DNA of 64,000 nucleotides, from NCBI GenBank assembly GCA_047285535.1, contig JBJBDC010000001.1:896136-960135 (forward strand), in the 5' to 3' direction. This DNA comes from Synechococcus sp. Its GTDB lineage: Bacteria > Cyanobacteriota > Cyanobacteriia > PCC-6307 > Cyanobiaceae. Shown here one piece after another: positions 21,008 to 31,427 of this stretch (position 1 is its first letter; every line of letters begins with the position of its first letter). Both the position numbers and the translations under genes were made by a program. The notes under the pieces were generated by a model, which saw only the letters and a list, made by a program, of their open reading frames with translations, ran no database searches and was not told the origin of the DNA.

Positions 21008-23160
21008 CCGCCTGAAACACTGCCGCGTCCCGCAGCACGAATAATCCGACTCCAAAGAGAAGCCGCTAACGCGCTCGAACTGGCTGAAGGACTGTTGTCA
21101 TCATTTCCAAGCCAGATGCCAAGGACCCAATTTCGGCTTGGTTCATAGCCGATAAAGAGCAAGTCGCGACCATCGTTCGTCGTGCCAGTCTTGCCTCCTT
21201 CCTGGCCCCCGAGAGCGGCTGCACGCCCGGTTCCGCTGCGAATCACAGATCGCATCAAGCCCTGCATATGCCGTGCGGTTTGCGGCTTTAAAACGCGACG
21301 AGCTGAACGTCGCTGATGGTCATCTCCATTGAGACTGCCGCAGCCGCGTGAACCCTCCGAGCGGCACGTTTCAGCATCAAGAAGACGGCGAATCGTTGTG
21401 GGCTGCTGCCAGATCCCGCCGTTGGCAACAGCCGCATAGGCACTTGTGAGTTCGATCAAGCGAACCTCACTCTGCCCAAGGGCGAGCCCCGGTACGGCCT
21501 GTAAAGGGGTGGTGATACCCAGTCGTCTGGCCTGCTGCACCACCCGCTCCAGCCCCACGCGTCTGGCCAAGCGCAAGGCTGCAGTGTTATGGCTGGATGC
21601 AAAGGCGCTGGCCAGGGTCAACTTGCCTGTGCAGCTGCTGTCAAAGCGTTGACCACCCCAACTCAGGGGGCTGCAATCCAGGGTGTCGCTGGGTTGTAAC
21701 CCTTGCTCAAACGCCGCTAAGTAAGTGATCAATTTAAAGGTGCTGCCTGGTTGCCGCATGGCCATCGAGGCCCTGTTGAACTGGCTGACCTGGTAGTCAC
21801 GACCGCCAGCGATGGCAAGAACGCCCCCATTCCTGCTGTCCAACACCACAGCGGCCCCTTCTCGGACGCCATGTGTTGAGGGGCTGCTTAGCAAACGATT
21901 TAACTGGCGTTCGACAACCGCCTGCAGCAGCGGATCCAAATGGGTTTCGATGAGGAAGTTGCCTTCATCAGCAACATCAGGGCCAACAAGCGCTGTGAGA
22001 TCTCGACGAACCTGATCGGTGTAAAAGGGAGCGGAGCGGCTGATCTGTTCGCGACTGCAAGCCCCTGATGCCAACTGAATCGGCTGACGACGCGCCACTC
22101 TTGCCTCCTCTAAGGACAACCGACCGGCATCAGCCATCTTGTTGATCACCCGATTGCGTGCTTTCAGCGCTCGCTGGGGAAACTGACAGGGGTCATGCCC
22201 ATTGGGTGATGGCAACAGACCCACAAGCAGGGCTGCTTGCTGCACATTCAGATCCGCTGCTGATTGCTCAAAGAAAATGCGCGAGGCATCTTCAAAGCCC
22301 CAACCAACCCCCAAGTACACGCGATTGAGATAGCTCAGAAGCAAATGGCTTTTACTGAAGCGACTTTCCAGCTGGAGAGCCACTAACAGTTCCTTCCATT
22401 TCCGCTGCAAAGTGTCTCCATCCCCCACATATTCGGGATACAGACTCCGCGCCAGCTGCTGGGTAATGCTGCTGCCTCCTTCCAACACTTGTCCACCAAT
22501 TAAATTGGTGCTGAACGCTCGAAGCGTTCCAATGAGATCAATCCCTGGATGCCACCAGAAGCGGTTGTCTTCACTGCTCAGCAAAGCGTTCACAAGAACA
22601 GGCGAAAAAGCGCTCAGTGAACCGAGCTCGCGATGGCGGCTTGAGTCCACCGATGCCAGTGGTTTGTTGTTGCCGTCATAGATCGCAAGCGGTCCGCGCA
22701 CACGCGCTAACTGACCACGCAGAGGCATGTTGAGAGTGGACAAGAGCAGCAGGATCCCACCGCCTCCCAGGCATGCCAACACCACCAGACCAAGGGATCG
22801 CTCGAACCGATGTCGGTGTCGTTGCGTGGCTTGTTCAAACTCAAGGAAGGGTGCACCCGTATCAGAAGCAGGCGCAAACTGAACACGGTCTCCATCTCGG
22901 AGTTCCAGCGTCTGCACGCGACGGCCCTTCCACCACAAGCCATTGGTGGAGTCCAAATCATGGAGGATCCAATGCCGTCCCTTTCGTTGCAGAAAGGCAT
23001 GTTGGCGGCTGACGGCCGGGTGCTTGATGGTCAGCTCCAGCGGACCTTCCCGTCCAATCCGATACCCATCGCCATGCAATGGAATCATGCGATCGGTTTG
23101 ATCTGGCTGATGAATGATCAGCTGAGCGATGGCGCGGGCTTCAGGATTTCGCTTGCCCAT
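21004..23160 (-). CDS. Class A penicillin-binding protein with N-terminal FHA domain
   Basis: FHA (IGR, VSRQHA, STNG); transglycosylase (EDNRF, GGSSITQQLAR); transpeptidase (STFK, SHN, KTGT). Confidence 0.92.
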   Translation of the reverse strand: MGKRNPEARAIAQLIIHQPDQTDRMIPLHGDGYRIGREGPLELTIKHPAVSRQHAFLQRKGRHWILHDLDSTNGLWWKGRRVQTLELRDGDRVQFAPASDTGAPFLEFEQATQRHRHRFERSLGLVVLACLGGGGILLLLSTLNMPLRGQLARVRGPLAIYDGNNKPLASVDSSRHRELGSLSAFSPVLVNALLSSEDNRFWWHPGIDLIGTLRAFSTNLIGGQVLEGGSSITQQLARSLYPEYVGDGDTLQRKWKELLVALQLESRFSKSHLLLSYLNRVYLGVGWGFEDASRIFFEQSAADLNVQQAALLVGLLPSPNGHDPCQFPQRALKARNRVINKMADAGRLSLEEARVARRQPIQLASGACSREQISRSAPFYTDQVRRDLTALVGPDVADEGNFLIETHLDPLLQAVVERQLNRLLSSPSTHGVREGAAVVLDSRNGGVLAIAGGRDYQVSQFNRASMAMRQPGSTFKLITYLAAFEQGLQPSDTLDCSPLSWGGQRFDSSCTGKLTLASAFASSHNTAALRLARRVGLERVVQQARRLGITTPLQAVPGLALGQSEVRLIELTSAYAAVANGGIWQQPTTIRRLLDAETCRSEGSRGCGSLNGDDHQRRSARRVLKPQTARHMQGLMRSVIRSGTGRAAALGGQEGGKTGTTNDGRDLLFIGYEPSRNWVLGIWLGNDDNSPSASSSALAASLWSRIIRAAGRGSVSGG

Positions 23161-23629
23161 GCCCTTGAAAGAAAGCGTCGATGGCAAAGCAGAGGACTGC
23201 AAGGTTGATGGCGATGTCCGCTCCATTGAAAATGGGAAAACGAACCGGAACCAGCTCCAAAAAGTCGGTGACATATCCGAATTGCCAACGGTCGATGCCA
23301 TTGCCCAGAGTGCCTCCAAGCAAAAAAGCCAAGGCAAGACCTAACCAGAAATTGAGGCGCTTGGATCGCCAAATCAAGCCCACCAATCCAATCGACACGA
23401 GCAGGCTCAGGACGGCAAGCAGGGGTGTCGCATCGCTCAACATGCTGAAAGCAGCTCCGGTGTTGCGAACCAGCCGAAATTGAAGCAATCCAGGCAGGAA
23501 CGGCTGCGACAGTCCGGGAGGAAGGTTAAAACGAGCCCAGTACTTGCTGACTTGATCCAACATCACGATCAGCAGGCTGATGACAACAACCAGACGACGA
23601 CGAATCAAACGGCTGCTTCGACTGATCAT
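23141..23629 (-). CDS. lspA: Lipoprotein signal peptidase II
   Basis: DQVSK, NTGAAFS, GNGIDR, VTDF, FNGAD. Confidence 0.95.
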   Translation of the reverse strand: MISRSSRLIRRRLVVVISLLIVMLDQVSKYWARFNLPPGLSQPFLPGLLQFRLVRNTGAAFSMLSDATPLLAVLSLLVSIGLVGLIWRSKRLNFWLGLALAFLLGGTLGNGIDRWQFGYVTDFLELVPVRFPIFNGADIAINLAVLCFAIDAFFQGHGQAKS

Positions 23630-24198
23630 TCGATCAAAAGCAGACGACGAAGAGGCAGAGCGATCAAGGCGATTGCAACGCAAAGCACCAGTTGAGCTGG
23701 CAGTGGGCCAAGGCTGTAACTGAACAACAGCTCAGGAAAGGATTCACTCCAACGATTCAAACCCGCTCCAAGCAGCAAATTCAGAATTCCGCATAGCTGA
23801 ATCGCAATCACGCCAGCGATCCCAGCCAAGGTGAGGAGCAACACATCGTTCATCCGAAGTTGATGAGCGAGACGTCCGGTGAGCCAAGCTGCTGGCACAA
23901 AGCCAGCCAGATAGCCAAAAGCGGGGGTCAATACATATCCGAAGCCTCCACCGTCATGAAAAACTGGCAGATCAACAAGACCAATTGTGATGTAGGCAAC
24001 AGCTGCTATCACGCCAGCACGGGGGCCACAGACCAGAGCACAAAGTAAAAGCGCTGGAACCTGCCAAGTGCTGGGCAAACTGAGGATCTGAGGAGGTAAT
24101 GTCGCGATGGGCAGGAGAACAGCCGCCGGAATCAGACTTCCCACAAGGATCAATAGAAGCCCAGCGATCGCGCCGCTCCACGTGGCAAGAGCCCGCAC
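23626..24198 (-). CDS. bioY: Biotin transporter BioY
   Basis: GLVDLPVFHDGGGFGYVLTPAFGYLAGF. Confidence 0.9.
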   Translation of the reverse strand: MRALATWSGAIAGLLLILVGSLIPAAVLLPIATLPPQILSLPSTWQVPALLLCALVCGPRAGVIAAVAYITIGLVDLPVFHDGGGFGYVLTPAFGYLAGFVPAAWLTGRLAHQLRMNDVLLLTLAGIAGVIAIQLCGILNLLLGAGLNRWSESFPELLFSYSLGPLPAQLVLCVAIALIALPLRRLLLIE

Positions 24199-24254
24199 GG
24201 GCAAACAACAACTACAACCATCCTGCTCTAGTAAAGAGTGATTGCCTAGGTGTT

Positions 24255-24482
24255 ATGAGCATTTCAATCGGTGACCAAGTCCGACTGATCAGCCCGATGC
24301 CCTATCTCAAAACAGCAGATCCGATGCCGATGCTTCGGCCATCCGATCTTGTTGGAAGTGACGAATCAGGCTCGGTGGTTGCACTGCATCCTCTTGAAAC
24401 AGCTGCAGTTCGCTTTCGTCGCGGCACATTCTTAATTCCGATTAATCGCCTCTGCCCTGCAAACGAAGAAGAGGACAACTAA
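24255..24482 (+). CDS. sipA: NblS-interacting protein SipA (DUF3148)
   Basis: GDQVRL...PYLKTADPMPMLRP...VRFRRGTFLI. Confidence 0.85.
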   Translation: MSISIGDQVRLISPMPYLKTADPMPMLRPSDLVGSDESGSVVALHPLETAAVRFRRGTFLIPINRLCPANEEEDN

Positions 24483-25738
24483 GCGCCAAAGGCCATGTTC
24501 CAGCGCTCAGCCAGGGGTTCGATGGTCGATCCGGGGCCACAAAGACTGAGCAGAGGGTTGGTGAGATGGAGCGATGCGGCAACCCGCAAGGCCGGGCCAT
24601 CCAAAGTCTCCAAAGCCTCCATACAGCGCTGATCATGATCGTCAGGCAAAGCGAGCCCTCTGAGTTGAGCGCGGCGCTCTGCTCTCTGCCCAGTTGTCTG
24701 CGAGGCATGGGCCAGTTGACCCCGAAATTTCGCACAAGCCAAATTGAGATCGGAGGTCTTGAGCGTTTGTTCCACTAAGTCCCGCCAACTCATGATCAAT
24801 AAATCCAAGGTCGTAATGGCCTTATCAATCGCAGAGGATGCATGCAAAATAAAAGGTGAGGCCATCGCCCTTGCGGGATGGTGAACGCCCACGTCATAAG
24901 CCACACCATGGTCTTCGCGAAGCCTGCGAAAGAGCAGACTCGACATACCAGTACCAAGATGCGTTTGCAGCAGACGAAGCGCCAGATCGTCTGGGTGTCC
25001 GTGGGGAAGAGTGGGCTGACCAAGCATCAGCACGACCTGCTCTGTGGGAAGAGAATGGAGATGAACGGTTGGTTTCGAGGACAGCGCTTCTGGTCGACTC
25101 GCGCCATCGATTCCCGCAGTCGATGGATCTCGTTTGGCTCGAGCTTGAATTCCATCAGCTTGCAGTTGGTCCAACAAACCTGCTGGGATGGAACCCGACA
25201 AGGCCAAGATGGATCCGTCTCTGCTGAGGGACTTGGCAATCGGCCGAAGGGACTCTGTGGTGAGCTGTTGCAGTTCATCGGCGACGCCTAAAGGGTCATG
25301 GCCGTAAGGGCCAGAGCCGTAAGCCAACTGGCGCCAGCCATCAAAAGCCAGGTGAAATGGGTCCTCTTGCTGACGCTGCAGAGCCTGAAGACTGAGCTCC
25401 CGCTCGAGATTCACTTGATCAGCGTGTAAATGGGGCTCGTACAACATCGAAGCCAACAAGGGCAGCAGTTGAGGGCTATCCAGATCTCTGCATTTCAGAC
25501 TGATCAGCAGACCATCTTCATGGGTGTCGCAACGTAATCCGGCTCCACATCCCTCCACCAGATCGGCCATTTGAATTGCATCGAGCGCGCCACAGCCTCG
25601 TGTCAGGACTGATGCCAGCAATTGATGAGCTCCTCTCTGGCCAATCGGATCAGCTGCGCTACCCCTGCCGATCCACAATTTGGCGGCTAAAACTCCTGGT
25701 GTCTGCACAGGATCCAGAACCAGATCAGTAGTGGTCAC
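24479..25738 (-). CDS. M16 family peptidase, non-catalytic subunit
   Basis: Degenerate HQLLAS in place of HXXEH; SSLLFRRLREDHGVAY; GTGA overlap with its partner. Confidence 0.88.
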   Translation of the reverse strand: MTTTDLVLDPVQTPGVLAAKLWIGRGSAADPIGQRGAHQLLASVLTRGCGALDAIQMADLVEGCGAGLRCDTHEDGLLISLKCRDLDSPQLLPLLASMLYEPHLHADQVNLERELSLQALQRQQEDPFHLAFDGWRQLAYGSGPYGHDPLGVADELQQLTTESLRPIAKSLSRDGSILALSGSIPAGLLDQLQADGIQARAKRDPSTAGIDGASRPEALSSKPTVHLHSLPTEQVVLMLGQPTLPHGHPDDLALRLLQTHLGTGMSSLLFRRLREDHGVAYDVGVHHPARAMASPFILHASSAIDKAITTLDLLIMSWRDLVEQTLKTSDLNLACAKFRGQLAHASQTTGQRAERRAQLRGLALPDDHDQRCMEALETLDGPALRVAASLHLTNPLLSLCGPGSTIEPLAERWNMAFGA

Positions 25739-27027
25739 GAAGATTGCTCCGGTAAAGCCACGAGGGTGAAGGCTTGATCGCTCTGCAGAAAGGGCAATAG
25801 GGAACTTTGCAACCTCTCCATGGTCCAAGTTTTCATGTAACCCAGCGGAGAAAGCAAATTCTGGGTGCGTCCCCACAGGGAGTGTGATCCGGCTAGAGCA
25901 GCAACTGATCCAGGGGCTTCAAGGCTGAAACGAAGACCATTACCTACAAGTTGTTGGGCCCGATGAAGTTCATCATTTCTGATCTCATCCACAAGTGAAC
26001 GTCTCAATTCATCATGGATAACGGTTTCAACCTGCTCGATCTGATCTTCAGGGCAGCAGGCTTCCAGCATCACCACACTTCCCTGCTCCAGCACGGTGAC
26101 ATCCATATCGATGGATTCCACGATTTGAAGGTCTTCCCTTAACCGTTGCACCAAACGGCTGCGCCTCCCTTCCGCAAGAAGGGTGGTTGCCAAGTCCGCA
26201 CCCATCAACCTGTCTTGATCATTGGCTGCGGCCATCGGCCAAGCCATCAGCAACCGCGCTGCTTCAAGGCGGGGGAAGCGCATGGTTTGGCGTCCCGTTT
26301 GAAAGGAGATCGAGTTGTCGGACTCATCTTGGATGTCTTCAGACAGATTCCCTTCAAGCTGGGTCAGGCGGCTCGACTGAATGTGCTCCAACAAGGTTGA
26401 TGTCACAGCCCCACTGATCGCCAGACAACAGTTTGGGCCGCGATACCTCCTGCGATGAAACTGACGCATGGACTCGGGTGTGCTGTTGATCAGACTTTCT
26501 TCCCAGCCCAAAATTGGCCGACCATAGGGGTGTTGTCCAAAGCCTTGGCTCAAAAGTTTTTGGAATACTTGTTCATCGGGTTGATCGCGATACTGGGCGA
26601 TCTCTTCCAGCACCACGCCCCGTTCCATGCCGTAGGCCTCCTCCCTCAGTGCCGGATTGAGCACAAGATCCAACAACAAGTCGAGCGCTTCCTGGGCGCA
26701 ATCAACAGGCACCAAAACATGAAAGTGCACGTCATCAAAACCTGTGGCTGCATTGCTGCTGCCGCCTAGTGCCTCAATACGACGATCAAATTCACCCGCT
26801 TGAAGGGTTGCGCTTCCCTTGAACACCATGTGCTCAAGGAAGTGAGCCAGACCTTCCTCACCCTGACCTTCCCAGGTGCTGCCGCCCCGACACCAAAAAT
26901 CAAGACAGGTGAGGGCTGCATCTGGCATCAGTGCACTCACGGTTCGGCAGCCGTTCTTCATGAGCTGATGCTGCAGCCCAGGGCCAGAAGTGATCTCAGT
27001 CAGGTTCCAGTGGCAAAGCCTTACCAC
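25735..27027 (-). CDS. M16 family Zn peptidase, catalytic subunit
   Basis: GLAHFLEHMVFKGS (HXXEH), SRLVQRLRE; start uncertain, as the ORF-track extension to 27240 runs into AT-rich spacer. Confidence 0.9.
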   Translation of the reverse strand: MVRLCHWNLTEITSGPGLQHQLMKNGCRTVSALMPDAALTCLDFWCRGGSTWEGQGEEGLAHFLEHMVFKGSATLQAGEFDRRIEALGGSSNAATGFDDVHFHVLVPVDCAQEALDLLLDLVLNPALREEAYGMERGVVLEEIAQYRDQPDEQVFQKLLSQGFGQHPYGRPILGWEESLINSTPESMRQFHRRRYRGPNCCLAISGAVTSTLLEHIQSSRLTQLEGNLSEDIQDESDNSISFQTGRQTMRFPRLEAARLLMAWPMAAANDQDRLMGADLATTLLAEGRRSRLVQRLREDLQIVESIDMDVTVLEQGSVVMLEACCPEDQIEQVETVIHDELRRSLVDEIRNDELHRAQQLVGNGLRFSLEAPGSVAALAGSHSLWGRTQNLLSPLGYMKTWTMERLQSSLLPFLQSDQAFTLVALPEQSS

Positions 27028-27551
27028 GTTATCGACTGGAGCGACTGGTCTACAGCCATCAGAGTCATGGCTTAGACCCGGCGTACCAGTTTGATTATTA
27101 CTACAAATTCTTTGTAGCTCAAACAATAAAAAACTATTCAGAAGTTGCTCAAGAAGCAGCAAGAAAATAATTAATCCACTACGAATCAATCTTCTCCATA
27201 GGGTTAAAACTGGATTCTCCAAGAAGATGCACACCAGCATCTATTAACTTTCACCAGCGAGAGAAAGGCCTCTTCATTCTCAAACAGCAACCCAAAAAGC
27301 TATCATGAGAAACTAGCCTTAACCTTCAGCCAGAAAATCTGAAGCGATAAAAATGAATTCCAAGCAAACACCAAACCATCAAAATACATGCAAATCAAAA
27401 ACTCAAAAAAATTCTTTTAGGGGCAGCGTTTTCATGCGGCTCTCATCTTTCCAGCAATAACCGGACCGGCTAAGCAAATTTACTGCATACTTTCACCAAC
27501 CTTTAATCAAATTTCTCATCATAGTCCAATGTTATGGCATTTACCTGAGAC

Positions 27552-30206
27552 TTGAATGAACAAAGACTTGCTTTGTTTAAAGTGGCTCCTGATTTTTTGT
27601 CGAGCATTATCTTTGATGAAAATCCAAACTTCGCTTTTTCTGCGAATGGCTGGCTCATCAATACTGGAATTTTTACATTCAACGGACCCGATACTATTCA
27701 GGGAGGTTCACTGTCTTCAGACATTGAATATGGGATCAGAGTAAGCCAGCCCGAAGAAGGTGGAGGCAATGGATTCATCCGATTTGGCGAAATAAATACT
27801 GCGGGTGATAGTTCCAATCTTCTTTTTGGCAATGAGTATACTTTAAACGCCTACGGAAACATAGGCCTACTTATTGACCCCTTCGGCATAATAATTGGAT
27901 CTAGCGGTCAATCATATGATCGATTAAGTGCTACGGGCTTGGAGATTGGTGCTCGTATTGAGGGTTCAATCCTACTACAAGAAGGTCTTAATAATTTTAC
28001 AATAGAGTCCACATCTTCAAATGCTCTAGAGATTGCTAGTGGAGGTTCAATCTTTGGCGGCCGTACTTATTTAGCTAGTGAAGACCTACCGACGGAATTT
28101 GCTCAAGACTTCATTGATGCTTATTCAGAGAATGGCAACGGAATTTACAGCGAAGGGAGTATTAATTTACTTGGCGTGAACAGCAATGATGCAAACCTAT
28201 ATGATTATATTTCAGGCAGAAGTGCTAGTGAAACTGGAATTTATCTGAGCGGAAATTCAGTCAGTAGATTTGGAATCGAAGGGAAAACTATAATACGAGG
28301 AGTTGGCGGGACTAATTCTAATTCATCGGGCATATATCTTGACAATGAAGCGAAGCTGATTGCAGGTAAGGATGCAAGCTTACAAATAGAAGCTACTGGC
28401 CAACCAGGAACACTTGGAGGATTGATAATGCTTGGTGATTCTCAATTAAGCTCTGGAAATGGATTAACACTTGAGGGAACAGGGGGACAGTATGGCGCTT
28501 ACTTTGCAGATAATGCTCAAGTTAACATCAATCGAGGTTTCAACAATTCACGATTCTTCGGAACCTCCAGAGGATTCATAGCCAGGGATTCTGCTGAAAT
28601 AAATCTCAGCAGAGATAACGATTTAATTACAACAAATAGTTTCAGAGTAATTAATAATGCCAAAGCAAGTTTAAGGGGTGGATCGCAAGATCTAATAGAC
28701 GCACATCAAGAAGGTGTTGGTGTTCAAAATAATGCAGTATTAGACTTTGGTTCAGGGCGTTTAAATGCTTTGTACGCAAGAAATGAGTCGCAAAGTGTAT
28801 CGCCCGGATCGTTTCTTGGTTCAGGAGTATTTGTAACAGATAATGCTATTTTAAGCTTAGGAAATAAGCCTGTGACTTTGATTGAAGAAAGTGAGAATGG
28901 TGAAATCACTATCATAGAAAGTGGCCCCATAGGAGACACCCTTGCTTACAGTGAAAATGGAACAGGGGTATTTGTTCAAGGTTTGTTTAAAACTGGTTAC
29001 ACATCTAAACTATTTTCTTATGGTTTTGAATCGGGCATGAGAATAGAAGCAGAGGGTGAAGTCATAAGTGGATCTAACAAAGCTTTCTATGAAGTTATAG
29101 GGTTAAAAAGACATGGGTTAGAAATCGAATCAGGCCATATGAATATGAAAGGTCAAATCAACAAGCTGGAGGCTTATGGAGATATCTCAGGTATTACTCT
29201 TGGAAGCAACAATGAGGATTCATCAACCGATAAGAGACTTAGAATCAAAGGTGGTACTAATACGGTTAATGCGGTCGGAAATACATATGGGATGAATATC
29301 AATTCATCAGGGATATTTCAAGTCATAACGTCTGGGCAAAGCTTCATAACTGCCGCTGGTGACACCATAGGAACCATGATTCAAGAGGGAGGCTTAGCGG
29401 AATTCAGAGGTGACACAAATTTTCAATCAGATGGAGGTTTTTCTGGCCTGATCATGAATGGAAGACTAGCAGGAGACAATCAACGTCAAGTTATCCAAGG
29501 TAGTGGGACAATGAGAGGAATTGAAATTTCAGGAGCTCTTAATTTGTATGGAGGTGATGATATTTTATCCGGCATATTGTCTGATAGTGAAACAGAAGGG
29601 AGTTCAGCATCAGATGGGTTTAGTCTTGAAAGAAATTTAACGGATAGCAGTCAGTCTCTAACTGAGGATCAGTCCCCATTCCAGCCCGAAACCATTATAC
29701 GAGCATCATTATTTACTGACATAAACAATGACATTATAGACTCCTCTATTGTTTCAGATATGCCATCGAGCATAGATGCTATTACTGGCATAGATATGCC
29801 CAAGGATGGTATTTATGTGCATGTTGGGAAGGAAGCGCGTATGGGTAGGGGTAACGATGCCTCAGTATCCAGACATTATGGAGGTGATGGGACCATCAAT
29901 TATGGAAATGGTCAGGACGAAGCTTGGGGTTTTGGAGCAATTAATGCGGTTGGAGGAAGAGGATTTGACACGTGGCGACCCTATGATGGAGTCTATTTAA
30001 TCGAAGGGACAGGAAGTATCAGCTGGGATGTAACTAATTTATCGTACGAAGGTATTGATGCTTTCTCTGAGACCATGAGTTTCGAGGGCTTTGAATTCAT
30101 AAAACCTGCCGATTCAAATTCCTTGGAAAACTTGAATTTTGGCGCTATCGAATTCGGCCAGACTGCATTGCTTATAGTGAATGAGGGAAATACTTTGCTG
30201 ATATGA
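27552..30206 (+). CDS. Large Gly/Ser/Asn-rich repeat protein, probable beta-solenoid surface or secreted protein; possibly from ATG 27534 across an in-frame TGA
   Basis: 884-codon ORF, clearly more AT-rich than its neighbours; recurring G-[ILVM]-x-[ILVM] units; C-terminal GGDD, GRGND, GNGQD, GGRGFD Ca-binding-like motifs; no signal peptide; no Cys. Confidence 0.8.
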   Translation: MNEQRLALFKVAPDFLSSIIFDENPNFAFSANGWLINTGIFTFNGPDTIQGGSLSSDIEYGIRVSQPEEGGGNGFIRFGEINTAGDSSNLLFGNEYTLNAYGNIGLLIDPFGIIIGSSGQSYDRLSATGLEIGARIEGSILLQEGLNNFTIESTSSNALEIASGGSIFGGRTYLASEDLPTEFAQDFIDAYSENGNGIYSEGSINLLGVNSNDANLYDYISGRSASETGIYLSGNSVSRFGIEGKTIIRGVGGTNSNSSGIYLDNEAKLIAGKDASLQIEATGQPGTLGGLIMLGDSQLSSGNGLTLEGTGGQYGAYFADNAQVNINRGFNNSRFFGTSRGFIARDSAEINLSRDNDLITTNSFRVINNAKASLRGGSQDLIDAHQEGVGVQNNAVLDFGSGRLNALYARNESQSVSPGSFLGSGVFVTDNAILSLGNKPVTLIEESENGEITIIESGPIGDTLAYSENGTGVFVQGLFKTGYTSKLFSYGFESGMRIEAEGEVISGSNKAFYEVIGLKRHGLEIESGHMNMKGQINKLEAYGDISGITLGSNNEDSSTDKRLRIKGGTNTVNAVGNTYGMNINSSGIFQVITSGQSFITAAGDTIGTMIQEGGLAEFRGDTNFQSDGGFSGLIMNGRLAGDNQRQVIQGSGTMRGIEISGALNLYGGDDILSGILSDSETEGSSASDGFSLERNLTDSSQSLTEDQSPFQPETIIRASLFTDINNDIIDSSIVSDMPSSIDAITGIDMPKDGIYVHVGKEARMGRGNDASVSRHYGGDGTINYGNGQDEAWGFGAINAVGGRGFDTWRPYDGVYLIEGTGSISWDVTNLSYEGIDAFSETMSFEGFEFIKPADSNSLENLNFGAIEFGQTALLIVNEGNTLLI

Positions 30207-30236
30207 ATCAGGCCGAATGGTCAGCTGAAATTTATC

Positions 30237-30281
30237 ATAAAATGACACTCAAGGCTCTTAACGTCTTAAATGTCATTTTAT
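30237..30281 (+). terminator. AT-rich hairpin after the large repeat gene
   Basis: ATAAAATGACA / TGTCATTTTAT 11-bp arms with imperfect inner pairing. Confidence 0.5.
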
Positions 30282-30689
30282 TAGAGACGTGAAACCCACT
30301 GAGCTTTTAAAGGCAATAGCAAAACTAATGCTTGGGCTGTCAATCAAGATAGCTTCTTAAATGTAAAAACTTAACATCAAAATTTGATTCCCAAGCTGGT
30401 CACCATAGAAACTAATCAATCATGACACTGCCATTTCATACAAATTATCAGAGCGCAGCCTGAAAGGTGTTGTTACCAGCGCCCAGAGGTTCCTAAAATT
30501 AAATCTTGTGATTACAGGAACAAGCTTCGTTCGGCTCCCTCGAGTAGGTTGAAGCATCCAATGAATGGATAGCGAAAACTGACACATCACTGACAACTCA
30601 GTGAATGAGGGTTTAGCAAAACCCAGTCACAGAGCCAATCAGTTGACAGGTCAGCGAAGCTCCATTCTGTGCTGTCCCTCGCTGGACTG

Positions 30690-31427
30690 ATGTCCGAATC
30701 CACCAACGGCCTTGAGTTGCATCCGCTGGTGATCTCCCTATCGGAGCAAATTCGCACCTGTAGGAAGGCTTTGCCTGATCTAAGTCCGCTATCGGTAGAT
30801 CCGGCCTTAGAAGCAATCAGCGGCATGCTGGATGGTGAATCGCTGTTCATTCGTAACGAGCTGCATCAATGCCTTGGTCTCAGAAAACTGCATCTTGAGA
30901 TTGCTCGACTGGGCATGGGATTACAGATCCTTCACTGCGTCTTTTTTCCTGATCCGCGTTTTGACTTACCCATTTTCGGTGCCGATATCGTTGCCAGTCC
31001 TGCAGGGATATCCGCTGCCATCGTTGATCTGTCGCCCGTAAGCGATGCACTACCTCCAACGATCAGCCAACCGCTCAGTGCTCTTCAGTTGCCGCCATTT
31101 CAGCAAGTGCGAGACCTGCCTGCGTGGGGAACTATTTTTTCGCCTTACGTCAAGTTCATTCGTCCGATCAACGAAGAAGAGCAAAGCTGGTTCGTTGATC
31201 TCGTTGCCGAATATCTCGAGATTCTTCGCCAAGCCATTGTGGGCACCGCCCCCAATAAGATTCATGAACTCAGTACGATCAATCGGCATCAAGGCCAACT
31301 TTCCTATTGCCAACAACAAAAACGCAACGACAAAACCCGACGAGTTCTAGAGAAAGCCTTCGGCAACGCCTGGGCCGATCGCTACATCACGGAGATGCTG
31401 TTCGACGATCCTCCTCCTCTTCAATGA
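30690..31427 (+). CDS. pcyA: Phycocyanobilin:ferredoxin oxidoreductase
   Basis: [48 protein letters not shown]. Confidence 0.96.
   Translation: MSESTNGLELHPLVISLSEQIRTCRKALPDLSPLSVDPALEAISGMLDGESLFIRNELHQCLGLRKLHLEIARLGMGLQILHCVFFPDPRFDLPIFGADIVASPAGISAAIVDLSPVSDALPPTISQPLSALQLPPFQQVRDLPAWGTIFSPYVKFIRPINEEEQSWFVDLVAEYLEILRQAIVGTAPNKIHELSTINRHQGQLSYCQQQKRNDKTRRVLEKAFGNAWADRYITEMLFDDPPPLQ

Noticed and set aside
27028..27240. N-terminal extension of the M16 peptidase in the ORF track (likewise extensions of mfd, rpe, PBP, phnE, devB)
   Set aside because: The extensions run through spacers or neighbouring genes; downstream starts give typical lengths and, in several cases, ATGA/GTGA couplings
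27225..27242. AGATGC-N6-GCATCT similar to the palindrome at 50098
   Set aside because: Different spacer length and short arms; insufficient to claim a shared operator
27546..27583. Selenocysteine recoding (UGA + SECIS)
   Set aside because: The loop lacks the conserved G, the position is not a redox motif, the protein has no Cys, and selU alone does not imply Sec machinery; kept only as a generic readthrough or nonsense hypothesis
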